A stretch of 64,000 nt of DNA, taken from Anaerohalosphaeraceae bacterium. Lineage in GTDB: Bacteria > Planctomycetota > Phycisphaerae > Sedimentisphaerales > Anaerohalosphaeraceae. A program made the translations under genes and the position numbers. Under the pieces are notes generated by a model. That model did not search any database. It had not been told where the DNA came from and worked only from the letters and a program-made list of their open reading frames with translations. Where the stretch lies: contig JBNRMN010000020.1 of NCBI GenBank assembly GCA_050309605.1, positions 90,394 to 154,393 on the forward strand, read 5' to 3'. Shown in pieces: positions 1-9,212 of the stretch; positions within the stretch are counted from its first letter, which is position 1, and each line of letters opens with the position of its first letter.

Positions 1-1
1 G

Positions 2-1339
2 CACCGTGCACGCCGTCAGCGTGATCAGCCAGGCCAGCCCCGCAGCCCAGTTGAACGACCGCCCGCTCCATTCGGCCCAATTGCTGCGCAGGCCGAATTT
101 TTTAATCAGCCAGAAATCCACAAAGATCACCGCCCCCATCGGCATCAAAATCAGCGCCCAGATCGCCACAAAGTCCAGCAGCCTCATGGTGACCTTCGGA
201 TAGACCGCCGCCGCAATCGTCGCGCAAACGCCTGTAATCAGCGTAACGGCAAACCGGCTGCGCTGAGGCATTATCGCCTGAAACGCCAGTCCCGCCCGAT
301 ACATCGTCGGATTGGCCGTCGTCCAGCCGGCAATCACCACGCACAGCAGCCCCGTCAGCCCCGCTGCCTCATAGGTCATCGGCCCCGGATGCACATCGGT
401 ATTACTCGGATTGAGATGCAGTTGATATGCAAACAGCAGCGACGCGCAAATCCACGCCATAAAATGCCCGATATACATCCCCGCCGCCGAGGCAATCGCA
501 TACCACGCCTTGCGGGCATATCGAAATACCGACAAATCGCTCAGCCCAATATGCCAGGCCATATTGCAGAACCATGCAAAAAACATCACATGCCAAAACG
601 TAAACTTCGCCCGGCCGGCCAGCGGCTGGCCGCCCTTCCAAATCGCCGTCTTGCACATCGCCCACACATCGCCGGGGGAATCAATGGCCGTTCCCGTTGC
701 ATCAATGAACCGCCGCAACGTAATCAGTCCGAACGTTAAAAATACCAGGACCATCCACGGCGCCGCGATATTGGCGAACTTGCTGATGGTCTTAAACCCA
801 TAAGCCGCACACACCGCAAACAGCAGCCCCATCACCACCACCGCCAGCACCCAGCCGACGCTGGTCGGCGTCGCGTCATCCAGCCCCGGCATCCGAAAAT
901 CAAACCACACCCCCAGCGCGGTGGCCGAGACCGTGATCATCGCCCCGGCCAGAATTGTAAACATCACTCCATTGGCCAGATTGTAGGTCGTCACCAGCGT
1001 GCGTCCGCAGATTTTTTCAAGCTGATAATACAGCGTCAGTCGCGCCCGCACGGCAATCGGTGCACAAAACAGCATCCAGCTCAACACCGCCAGCGCATTG
1101 CCCACGAGCAGGCCTAAGATAAAATCAACCGCCGAGACTCCGTGCGCCACAAACAGCGGCCCGATCATCAGTTCCGTTCCGGCCGTATGTTCCCCGGCAT
1201 ACATCCCCAGAAAACTGCGAAATCCCAATCTCGCACGCGGCGGCACCGGCTGGCGTTCAAACTCTTCGACCGGCGAAAAACCGTCCTGCCGCTCTGCATC
1301 GATGTCCGACCGCGCTGCTGTGTTGACTGCCATAGGCAT
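2..1339 (-). CDS. NCS1/purine-cytosine permease family transporter (partial, runs off left edge)
   Basis: Not in the ORF track because there is no stop in the window. Manual translation from ATG 1339: MPMAVNT...EEFERQPVPPRARLGFRSFLGMYAGEHTAGTELMIGPLFVAHG...RLTLYYQLEKICG, with many hydrophobic helices. Confidence 0.75.
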   Translation of the reverse strand, partial: MPMAVNTAARSDIDAERQDGFSPVEEFERQPVPPRARLGFRSFLGMYAGEHTAGTELMIGPLFVAHGVSAVDFILGLLVGNALAVLSWMLFCAPIAVRARLTLYYQLEKICGRTLVTTYNLANGVMFTILAGAMITVSATALGVWFDFRMPGLDDATPTSVGWVLAVVVMGLLFAVCAAYGFKTISKFANIAAPWMVLVFLTFGLITLRRFIDATGTAIDSPGDVWAMCKTAIWKGGQPLAGRAKFTFWHVMFFAWFCNMAWHIGLSDLSVFRYARKAWYAIASAAGMYIGHFMAWICASLLFAYQLHLNPSNTDVHPGPMTYEAAGLTGLLCVVIAGWTTANPTMYRAGLAFQAIMPQRSRFAVTLITGVCATIAAAVYPKVTMRLLDFVAIWALILMPMGAVIFVDFWLIKKFGLRSNWAEWSGRSFNWAAGLAWLITLTACTV

Positions 1340-1372
1340 CCGCCTGTATGAGTGTGTTATGAACTATCTCGA

Positions 1373-4300
1373 CTACGGCAATACAGACTGAAACCGATAG
1401 CTTCCCGATCCGACGTGCAGAATGACCGCATCGGGTTCTGTACCCGCCACGACAACGCCTTCGGCCTGCGAAAGAGGCCGGCCCGACTCGCGCACGGATT
1501 CGATGCGGCCGGTCGGCACGACCACCGTTGCGGTGGTATTGGCGGGAATCTCGATTTCCCATTCAAATACGCCGTCCGCCTTTTTCCAGTGCGACGCTAT
1601 CGGCCCGCGAATGCTTTCGTAGCGAACATTCGCCCAGGTCAGCTTGCCGCCGGGCCGCGGATGCAGGACGATATGCTTGAAAGCCGGCCCGTCGGTCTGA
1701 ATGCCGCCGATATTCTCAAACATCCACTGACCGACCGCACCGTAGGCATAGTGTGCAAACGAATTCATCCCCGGATCGGCAAATCCCTGATCCGGCGTCC
1801 AGCCGTTCCATCGCTCCCAGATGCTCGTCGCCCCATGCTTGATCGAAAAGCCCCACGATGGAAACGTATCATTATGCAGCAGCCGATAGGCCACGTCGTA
1901 CCGTCCGATCTTGCCCAGCACGTGCATCAAGTCCTTCGTCCCCAGAAAACCGGTGGACAGATGCCAGTTATTATCCCGTATCTTACGAATCAAATGCTCG
2001 GCGGCCTGCTGTTTGCGCTGTCCGTCCAGCACATCGTGAGCCAGCGCCAGGACATAGGCCGTCTGGCTGTCGCCCTTGATTTTGCCGTCCTCGGCGACAT
2101 AGGCCTTGTTAAACGCCCCCTTAATTTGTTCAAACAGCGCGTCGTACTGTGCGGCGTCTTCGCTTCGCCCCAGGGCCTCGGCCGCTCGCGCCGTCAAATA
2201 CGCACTGTAAGCGAAATACGAGGTGTAAATCACATCGTTGGGCGTATCGTCATTGATATTCAGCCAATCTCCGAAACAGTGAAATCGCGCCGGCGGCAGC
2301 AGCTTTGCCGTTGAACGATTTGTGCAGAACGCGATAAACCGCCTCATCCCCTCATAATGGGTCGCAAGCAACTGACGGTCGCCGTACATTTGATAAATCG
2401 TCCACGGACAAATCACCCCCGCATCCGCCCAGCCCGGTCCGCCGTCTTCCTGGGCAGCCACCAACGGCGCGACCTTGGGGAACTGTCCGTCCGCCCGCTG
2501 CGCATCGGCCAGATCCACCAGCCACTTGGTAAAGAACGCCTGCACGTCTGTATTGTAACAAGCCGCGGCGACATACACCTGCGCATCGCCGGTCCAGCCG
2601 AGCCGTTCATCCCGCTGGGGGCAATCCGTCGGAACGTCGATAAAGTTGGACCGCTGCGTCTGGCAGATGTTATGATAAAGCTGATTGAGCATCGGATCGC
2701 TGCATGAAAACGAGCCAACCACCGGCGTTGCCGAGGTCAGTTCAATCGCCGTGACCGCATCCTTGCCCGGTACGCCCGGATAACCGGTCACTTCAACATA
2801 CTGAAATCCGTGAAATGTAAACCGCGGCTGCCAGACTTCAATCCCCTCGCCTTTGCAGATATAGGTATCCGTCGCGCGGGCTGCGCGAAGATTCTCCGTA
2901 TAAACTGTACCATCGGGGTTCAGCCGCTCAGCGAACCGCAAGACAACTTGATCGCCCGCCTTGCCGCGGACTTTTAATCGCACTACCCCGGCCAGATTCG
3001 TACCCATATCAAATACATACGCTCCTTTGATCGGCTCGGTGATGCGCACCGGAGAGATCTCCTTAAAGACCTGCACGGTCACCCCCGGATAGGCCTGAAT
3101 CCGCGGCGACACCGGCGCCCCCGTTGCCGCCGTCTTCCAATTCGAATCATCATAGCCCGGCCGATCCCAACCGTTCAACTCCTTTCGCGCGTCATAGGTT
3201 TCACCCATCAGTAAATCCGCTTCCAGCGTCGGTCCTGTCGATGCCTTCCAGTGCGCATCACTGACGATGGTCTCGCTGCCGCCGTCGGCATATTCCAAAT
3301 GCAGTTGGGCGGCCAGTCGAGGATCCGGCCCGTAGTGTTCTCGTTTGCGCCCCCAGCCAACATAGCCGGAGAACCACCCGTCGGCCAGCACGGCCCCGAT
3401 GGCATTTTGCCCTTGCTCAATGGCCTCCGTTACATCATATTGCACATAATAAACCCGTTTATGATAATCCGTCCAGCCGGGCACGAAATAATCATTTCCG
3501 ATTGTTTGGCCGTTAAGCCGCATCCGGGCGATTCCAAGTGCCGAAACCAGCATGACAGCTCGCCTTACGGGCCGGGTTGTCTCGAATGTTCGCCTTAGAT
3601 AAACCGGCGCAGGCAAGGTCAAAGACGACAGCGAAATCCGCCCCCACGGTGCCGCTCCGTTATCTGCAAACGCCATCGCTGCGGACCAATCCGAATCGTC
3701 AAAAGCCGTATCCTGCCAGCCTTCCGCGGCCTGAACAGCACATTTCCACGAAGCGTCTATCGGGATGAGCTGACGTCGCCCGTCAGGGTATTCAATTACC
3801 GCGATGCCCATCAAGCCGGCCGGATTGGGGTGATCGCCTTCATTGCGCACCGCAATCGCAAACACATTTTGTCCGGATCTTAATGCCTCTTTCAAATCGA
3901 ATGGAGCGGCATGCGAAAAACCAACCGTCCCGGGCAGCCGCGTTCCGTTGACATACACCCGTGCATTGTTATCCGCAGCGACATACAGCATGGCTTGTTT
4001 TGGCGACTGAGCGCTGTCCACAACAAAGGTCTTGCGAAAATACCGCGTCTCAGCCGGCACCGCGCGTGTCGGATCCCCGTCACTCGGAATCCACACCCAT
4101 CGGCAGTCCGCCAAGGCCTTCGTTACTTCCCGGTCGCCGATTGACAAATTGGCCGGCCGGTCGTCCATGCCGACCCATTGCGCGATCCATTCCTGTTCCG
4201 GCCTGAGCAGTCCCATCTGCCATTTGGCCGGCGCCGACCACTCGGAGGCAATACCGTCTCGGTCCCAAACCCGCACCGCCCAGTAGTACACCCCCAGCGA

Positions 4301-4621
4301 TAACAGCGGCTTGCCGTCATACTCCACACCCATCGTCCGGTCGCTTTGCACCCTGCCCGAATCCCAGACCGTTCCGTGCCCGGCCTTCAGTGCCTCAAGC
4401 GAATCCGCCACACGCACCTGATAGGCGCTTTGCTTTTGTCCACGCTGCGAGGAGACAACCGTCCAGCTCAAACGCGGTGATGCCACATCAATTCCCAGCG
4501 GATCGACCCGATGTTCACACCGCAAATAGTCCGCCCGCAATGGCGAGACACCCTTTGCCGAATCCGTCATGAACAATACACCGCATACCATCGCCGCATA
4601 CCCGACTATTCCCATTGCCAT
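1373..4621 (-). CDS. alpha-L-rhamnosidase (GH78), secreted
   Basis: PTDCPQRDERLGWTGD, GATSIWERWN and MNSFAHY motifs. Start moved to ATG 4621, which follows a GAGGTG RBS. Confidence 0.93.
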   Translation of the reverse strand: MAMGIVGYAAMVCGVLFMTDSAKGVSPLRADYLRCEHRVDPLGIDVASPRLSWTVVSSQRGQKQSAYQVRVADSLEALKAGHGTVWDSGRVQSDRTMGVEYDGKPLLSLGVYYWAVRVWDRDGIASEWSAPAKWQMGLLRPEQEWIAQWVGMDDRPANLSIGDREVTKALADCRWVWIPSDGDPTRAVPAETRYFRKTFVVDSAQSPKQAMLYVAADNNARVYVNGTRLPGTVGFSHAAPFDLKEALRSGQNVFAIAVRNEGDHPNPAGLMGIAVIEYPDGRRQLIPIDASWKCAVQAAEGWQDTAFDDSDWSAAMAFADNGAAPWGRISLSSLTLPAPVYLRRTFETTRPVRRAVMLVSALGIARMRLNGQTIGNDYFVPGWTDYHKRVYYVQYDVTEAIEQGQNAIGAVLADGWFSGYVGWGRKREHYGPDPRLAAQLHLEYADGGSETIVSDAHWKASTGPTLEADLLMGETYDARKELNGWDRPGYDDSNWKTAATGAPVSPRIQAYPGVTVQVFKEISPVRITEPIKGAYVFDMGTNLAGVVRLKVRGKAGDQVVLRFAERLNPDGTVYTENLRAARATDTYICKGEGIEVWQPRFTFHGFQYVEVTGYPGVPGKDAVTAIELTSATPVVGSFSCSDPMLNQLYHNICQTQRSNFIDVPTDCPQRDERLGWTGDAQVYVAAACYNTDVQAFFTKWLVDLADAQRADGQFPKVAPLVAAQEDGGPGWADAGVICPWTIYQMYGDRQLLATHYEGMRRFIAFCTNRSTAKLLPPARFHCFGDWLNINDDTPNDVIYTSYFAYSAYLTARAAEALGRSEDAAQYDALFEQIKGAFNKAYVAEDGKIKGDSQTAYVLALAHDVLDGQRKQQAAEHLIRKIRDNNWHLSTGFLGTKDLMHVLGKIGRYDVAYRLLHNDTFPSWGFSIKHGATSIWERWNGWTPDQGFADPGMNSFAHYAYGAVGQWMFENIGGIQTDGPAFKHIVLHPRPGGKLTWANVRYESIRGPIASHWKKADGVFEWEIEIPANTTATVVVPTGRIESVRESGRPLSQAEGVVVAGTEPDAVILHVGSGSYRFQSVLP

Positions 4622-4676
4622 CGGACACCTCACATAACTGTTGTCATTACCATCAGAAAAAAAAGTTAAACCGTTC

Positions 4677-5756
4677 TCAGGACTGTCCAAGATAACCGCT
4701 GTAACCGGCCACCACCGCCGAGATCAGCAGCAGCGCCAATCCGCTGACCAGCAGTTGAACCGTCTTTCGACTGGTGCCTTTCCACTCGCCCAGCGCCACG
4801 CCCAGCAGTTGGCTGAACAAGATCTGACTGGCCATCAGCACCGCCCAGCCGATATACGACGTCTCGCCCATCTGCGGCTCGCCGGTCTTAAAACAAATAA
4901 ACTGCGAACACCAGATCGCCCCGGCCAGCGCCGCGAAAAACAGATTCGACACCAGCACCGGCCCTTCGGGACGGACATAATCGCCGGCGGTCTTGTTCTT
5001 GATGTTCAGCAGCACACACCAGACAAAATTAACCGTAAAACCCCCCAGCAGCACCATCACCAGCACCGGCATTCCCGCCCATGCCACCGACGAGGCCGGT
5101 GAAACAGTCAGCGCCAGCTCTTCAATACGGGGCCCGCCCTGCAGGCCAAAGCTCATCCCCGCGCTCATCAGCCCGGCAAACAGCACCGCGATAATACCCT
5201 TTTTGAAATCAAACTCCGCGACGGCCTTTTTCTTTTCATCTTCGGATAATTCTTTTTCTTTGCTCATTCCGGCCATGCCGACCAGGACAATCCCCGCCAC
5301 CGAAACCACCGCCGCCAGCACCGACACCTGGCCGGACGGCGTGGTAAACATCGCCCGAATCGCCTCAGTACCCCTGAGCATCGGCGGAAACAGCGTCCCG
5401 GCCGCCGAGGTAATTCCGGCGCCCATCGCCAGCCCCAGTCCAAAGCCCAGATACCGAATCATCAGTCCCCACGTCAGACCGCCGAATCCCCAGGCCGCAC
5501 CGCACAGATACGTGTACCACAGCTCGCCGCGCGGCGCCGCACGCAGCACATCGAAGACATTGGGAGAAACGATCAGCGTCAACACCCACGGCACGATCAA
5601 CAGGCCGAACACCGCGTACACCAACCAGTAACTTTCCCAGGCCCAGCCGGTGACTTTCTTGAACGGCAGATAAAACACCGCCCCGGCCAATCCCCCCACC
5701 ATAAAAATCACAATCCCCACAGCGGGATTGACACCCGATGCAAGCAATCCGTCCAT
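4677..5756 (-). CDS. rhaT: L-rhamnose/proton symporter
   Basis: FYLPFKKVTGWAWESYW N-terminus, GEWKG C-terminus, about 10 TM segments, rhamnose context. Confidence 0.9.
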   Translation of the reverse strand: MDGLLASGVNPAVGIVIFMVGGLAGAVFYLPFKKVTGWAWESYWLVYAVFGLLIVPWVLTLIVSPNVFDVLRAAPRGELWYTYLCGAAWGFGGLTWGLMIRYLGFGLGLAMGAGITSAAGTLFPPMLRGTEAIRAMFTTPSGQVSVLAAVVSVAGIVLVGMAGMSKEKELSEDEKKKAVAEFDFKKGIIAVLFAGLMSAGMSFGLQGGPRIEELALTVSPASSVAWAGMPVLVMVLLGGFTVNFVWCVLLNIKNKTAGDYVRPEGPVLVSNLFFAALAGAIWCSQFICFKTGEPQMGETSYIGWAVLMASQILFSQLLGVALGEWKGTSRKTVQLLVSGLALLLISAVVAGYSGYLGQS

Positions 5757-5862
5757 AACCGTCTCCTTTTTTCAAATGTCCGATGAAGATTCGTTTTTGA
5801 GATTGCGCTTTTTCCATTTCGACGCACAAGGGGATCCAGGCGAAAAATCCGCGGCCCCGGTC

Positions 5863-7131
5863 CTATCGCTTCGACAGCACATCCTTTTCGTAGCGACGCA
5901 CCTGGTCAAACCACGCCATACCGACCGGCGCATTCTGCGTATGGCAATAATAATCCCATACCGCCCCGAACGGCAGCGTCTTAAGCTCTTCCATCATCGC
6001 CAGCCGTTTGGTGTAATCCATGGCCAGCTCCGCGTCCTTCATTTCCTGCGTCGGTTCGAGCATCGCATACAACAGCGCCTTGATCATATTGCGCGTACCG
6101 ATCACCCAGGCCGCCACGCGATTGATACTGGCGTCAAAGAAATCCAGGCCGATGTGCACCTTGTCCAGCGTGCCGCTGCGCACCAGTTCCTGGGCAATGG
6201 CAAACAGTTCCTCGTTCAGCACCACCACATGGTCGCTGTCCCACCGCACCGGCCGGCTGACGTGCAGCAGCAATTCCGGCACGAACATCATCACCGCCGA
6301 AATCTTGTCCGAAATGACTTCCGTCGGATGATAATGGCCCGCATCCAGACACAGCAGAATCTGCCGCGACACGGAATAGCCCATATAAAACTCGTGTGAA
6401 CCGACGGTATAGCTTTCGGCCCCGATGCCGAACAGCTTCGATTCGACCGCGTCCAGATGAATTGACGGGTCAATCTTGTCGGCAAAAATCGCATCCAGCG
6501 ATTCGGCCAGGCGCTGGCGCGGCCCGACGCGGTCAACCGGAATGTCTTTATATCCATCCGGCATCCAGAAATTCGTTACCGTCGGCGTCCCGAACGCCTT
6601 GCCCATGGCCGTACCGATCTTGCGGCAGGCGATCCCGTGCTCGATCCAGAATTGCCGAATCCCCTTGTCCGGATGGGCCAGCGTAAACCCGTCGGCCGCT
6701 TTGGGGTGGGAAAAATAGGTCGGGTTAAAATCCATCCCGTGCAGTTTGCCCTTGCCCCAGTCAATCCAGCTCTGAAAGTGTTTCGGCTCCATCTCGTTGC
6801 GGTCCACAAACGCGCCGCCGTTATCCAGATAGCACGAGTGCAGATTCAGACGATGTGTGCCGGGGATCAGGCTCATCGCCTTGTCCACATCGCTTTGCAG
6901 CTGCTCAATCGTCCGCGCCTTGCCGGGATAATTGCCGGTCGCCTGGATCCCCCCGCCGGACAGTTCCGCTCCGGCCGTTTCAAAGCCGCCCACATCGTCG
7001 CCCTGCCAGCAGTGCATCGATATCGGCACCGCCGCCAGTTTCTTCATCGCCGCCTCGGTATCGACCCCCATCGCCGCATACTGTTCTTTGGCCATTGCAT
7101 AGGCTTGTTCAATGCGTTTGTCCGTCATCAT
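5863..7131 (-). CDS. rhaA: L-rhamnose isomerase
   Basis: [50 protein letters not shown]. Confidence 0.97.
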   Translation of the reverse strand: MMTDKRIEQAYAMAKEQYAAMGVDTEAAMKKLAAVPISMHCWQGDDVGGFETAGAELSGGGIQATGNYPGKARTIEQLQSDVDKAMSLIPGTHRLNLHSCYLDNGGAFVDRNEMEPKHFQSWIDWGKGKLHGMDFNPTYFSHPKAADGFTLAHPDKGIRQFWIEHGIACRKIGTAMGKAFGTPTVTNFWMPDGYKDIPVDRVGPRQRLAESLDAIFADKIDPSIHLDAVESKLFGIGAESYTVGSHEFYMGYSVSRQILLCLDAGHYHPTEVISDKISAVMMFVPELLLHVSRPVRWDSDHVVVLNEELFAIAQELVRSGTLDKVHIGLDFFDASINRVAAWVIGTRNMIKALLYAMLEPTQEMKDAELAMDYTKRLAMMEELKTLPFGAVWDYYCHTQNAPVGMAWFDQVRRYEKDVLSKR

Positions 7132-7151
7132 TTTTCTCCTGAAACTGATTG

Positions 7152-7227
7152 TTCAAATCTCAATTCTTGAATTTCAAATCTCAACCCCCTTCTCTGACCT
7201 CTGTCTTCTGACCTCTGACCTCTGTCA
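7152..7227. repeat. two abutting arrays of degenerate 7-bp tandem repeats
   Basis: ttcaaat-ctcaatt-cttgaat-ttcaaat-ctcaa (7152-7184) and tctgacc-tctgtct-tctgacc-tctgacc-tctgtca (7193-7227). Confidence 0.8.
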
Positions 7228-7617
7228 TTCCCCCGAATACCCCATCGCCGACAAAAAGGCCATATTCGGCTGCGTCGTATCCAGCCGGGACATCTGCACC
7301 ACGATCGGCGCCTCGGAAGTCACCATCAACGCATACGGCACACCCCGCTCAATCACCGCCGCACCGTCCTGTTTCAGTTCATCCATTCGCAAATGCCGAC
7401 ACCGCCGCGCCCCCAGAACAATGTCGCGGATAGCAACCGGCTCTTTATCCTCAAAATACACCGTCAACACAACGTCGGTCGCTGTCGATCCGGTATTGAC
7501 CAGACACACACACTCATGCGACACATACCCGTTTGGATTTGAATGATCCGCATCGGTCAGCTTCGGAATAAATCCGTCCGGCACAACCCAGCATCGTTTT
7601 CCAATCGCCTCAGTCAC
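7225..7617 (-). CDS. ASRT (Anabaena sensory rhodopsin transducer) family protein
   Basis: IGKRCWVVPDGFIP, SHECVCLVN, VYFEDKEP, ARRCRHLRMDEL, PIVVQMSRLDTTQ. GTG start with AGGAG RBS. Confidence 0.8.
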   Translation of the reverse strand: MTEAIGKRCWVVPDGFIPKLTDADHSNPNGYVSHECVCLVNTGSTATDVVLTVYFEDKEPVAIRDIVLGARRCRHLRMDELKQDGAAVIERGVPYALMVTSEAPIVVQMSRLDTTQPNMAFLSAMGYSGE

Positions 7618-7638
7618 GTTGACTCCTGACGTCTGAAA

Positions 7639-8712
7639 TCATTTGATCTGTCCGCTTCGATACGACTCGACTTCCCAGTTCTCAATAAATTCCCGCGCTG
7701 CATCGGTCATATAATCAATCCCGCCGAACGCCTGGGCCAACTGTTTGACAATCGCCCCGTCCAGCGCTAATTCCAGCGCCAGCTCGGCCTTTTTCGGCGT
7801 CGGTGCGACCCCCAGCACCATCGGCCCGAACGCGACCACCTGAGGCAGATAGCCGTGCTTGTTACGAAAGGCCGCCACCGCCTCGGCTGTGGGCTTTTCG
7901 GTCAGATAAAAAGACTTGGCATACACAAGATGATCCGGCGAGATCGGCCCTTGCGGCAGCTCAAACGCGCCTGAGGCCGCCACGCACACCGTCGGATCCT
8001 CGAACGCCTGTCGAATCATCTCCCGTGCCGCGGTCACCTCCGCCGCGTCCGGCGCCGGCCCGACCGACAATTTGCAGCTAATCGACCGACCGGCATAATG
8101 ACGCTGCAGCGTCGTCATCAACCCGATATAAAGCTTGCGAATCTCATCGGCCTCGTCGGCGGCCACAAACACCCCGTGATTCTTCAAAAAAATCAACGCC
8201 GGCTCGCGCCCGAAGTCCGCCTTATAGTCAGCGACCGCCTTGCGAACCGCCATACACAGCGTATATCCCGGATCGACATAATCCAGCCACACTGACTGCG
8301 GAAACAGCGACGCGCAGGCCGCCTTGCCCTCTTTGCCGCACGTCATCCCGTTGACCAGTGCCGGGTGCGTATGCACCACATACCGTGCACGGAGCGAATC
8401 GTGCAGCGGGGCCTCGACCGAAGGGCGGCCCGAACGGGTCGGCAGGACCGCCTGCGCCATCAGCTCCTTGACCATCGCCTCGCGCGCAGAGGCCTCCGAC
8501 GGCGGCTCAGCGCGATACAGCGCCCCCAGTTTGGAACGATCCAGAGCGACAAAATCTGAAGGCTTCAAGTCGGCAAGTGTGGTGCCGGAAGGTTTGACCC
8601 AAAGCGTGCTGTCGGTTTTGACCGATGTGTTTCCCCCGCCCCCGCGAACATATTCGGCCGTGCCAAATTCATGCGAAAGTTCAGTTATGACATCCAGTAA
8701 CTCCACAAGCAT
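7639..8712 (-). CDS. class II aldolase/adducin family protein, probable rhamnulose-1-phosphate aldolase
   Basis: GGGGNTSVK, RPSVEAPLH, VVHTHP, LKNHGV. First gene of the rhamnose operon. Confidence 0.85.
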   Translation of the reverse strand: MLVELLDVITELSHEFGTAEYVRGGGGNTSVKTDSTLWVKPSGTTLADLKPSDFVALDRSKLGALYRAEPPSEASAREAMVKELMAQAVLPTRSGRPSVEAPLHDSLRARYVVHTHPALVNGMTCGKEGKAACASLFPQSVWLDYVDPGYTLCMAVRKAVADYKADFGREPALIFLKNHGVFVAADEADEIRKLYIGLMTTLQRHYAGRSISCKLSVGPAPDAAEVTAAREMIRQAFEDPTVCVAASGAFELPQGPISPDHLVYAKSFYLTEKPTAEAVAAFRNKHGYLPQVVAFGPMVLGVAPTPKKAELALELALDGAIVKQLAQAFGGIDYMTDAAREFIENWEVESYRSGQIK

Positions 8713-8756
8713 CCTTTCCCAGTGTCAGTCCAATTCTCACAGGCCTTCCAGTTAAG

Positions 8757-8784
8757 AGTATAAGGACAATAGACAGAAATGCAA
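8757..8784 (-). promoter_or_regulatory. candidate sigma-70 promoter of the rhamnose operon
   Basis: Minus strand TTGCAT-N16-TATACT, about 45 bp upstream of the aldolase ATG. Confidence 0.45.
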
Positions 8785-9120
8785 TACGCCTTTTCCCACA
8801 ATCAACCGCTCGATTCCATACCAATCCCGCCAAAACCACCCCATTCGAACCCAAACGAACGCTGTTTCTGTCGTCGGACCGCCGGTATCTGCCGACTTGT
8901 GTTCACTTTCGGCTGCCCGTGCTCCCAAACCCGCCGAGCGAAAGTGAATGAACAGGCACTGGCCATAACTCCATTGACCCTTCGAATACCAAAATTCGGC
9001 ACTCAATCAAAGACTTCCATATCTACCGACGACGGTAAGCGTCCTATAACAACCGCAGCCATCGGCTTGACGGAACTTGCCCCACGTGCCGGACGGGTAC
9101 AGTTTTTTTCACTTCGCGGT

Positions 9121-9147
9121 TAATCGACCGGCTTGTGTTTCCGATAT
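9121..9147 (+). promoter_or_regulatory. candidate sigma-28 (FliA) promoter of the diguanylate cyclase
   Basis: TAAT-N15-TCCGATAT versus consensus TAAA-N15-GCCGATA(A/T). Confidence 0.5.
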
Positions 9148-9212
9148 AACGGCACGACTGCGAGAGAATCAAAAAGACAGACGCACAGACCTTTTACGGA
9201 TACGATAGCGAC

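Noticed and set aside
7225..7617. Light sensing implied by the ASRT name
   Set aside because: No rhodopsin gene in the window; the context is sugar catabolism.
8902..8948. 10-bp inverted repeat TTCACTTTCG...CGAAAGTGAA upstream of the rha operon
   Set aside because: Single occurrence with a 27-bp spacer; I cannot tell operator, degenerate repeat and chance apart.
8752..9123. Short ORFs in the rha/DGC divergent region
   Set aside because: Mutually overlapping, no motifs or RBS, and the region holds candidate promoters.
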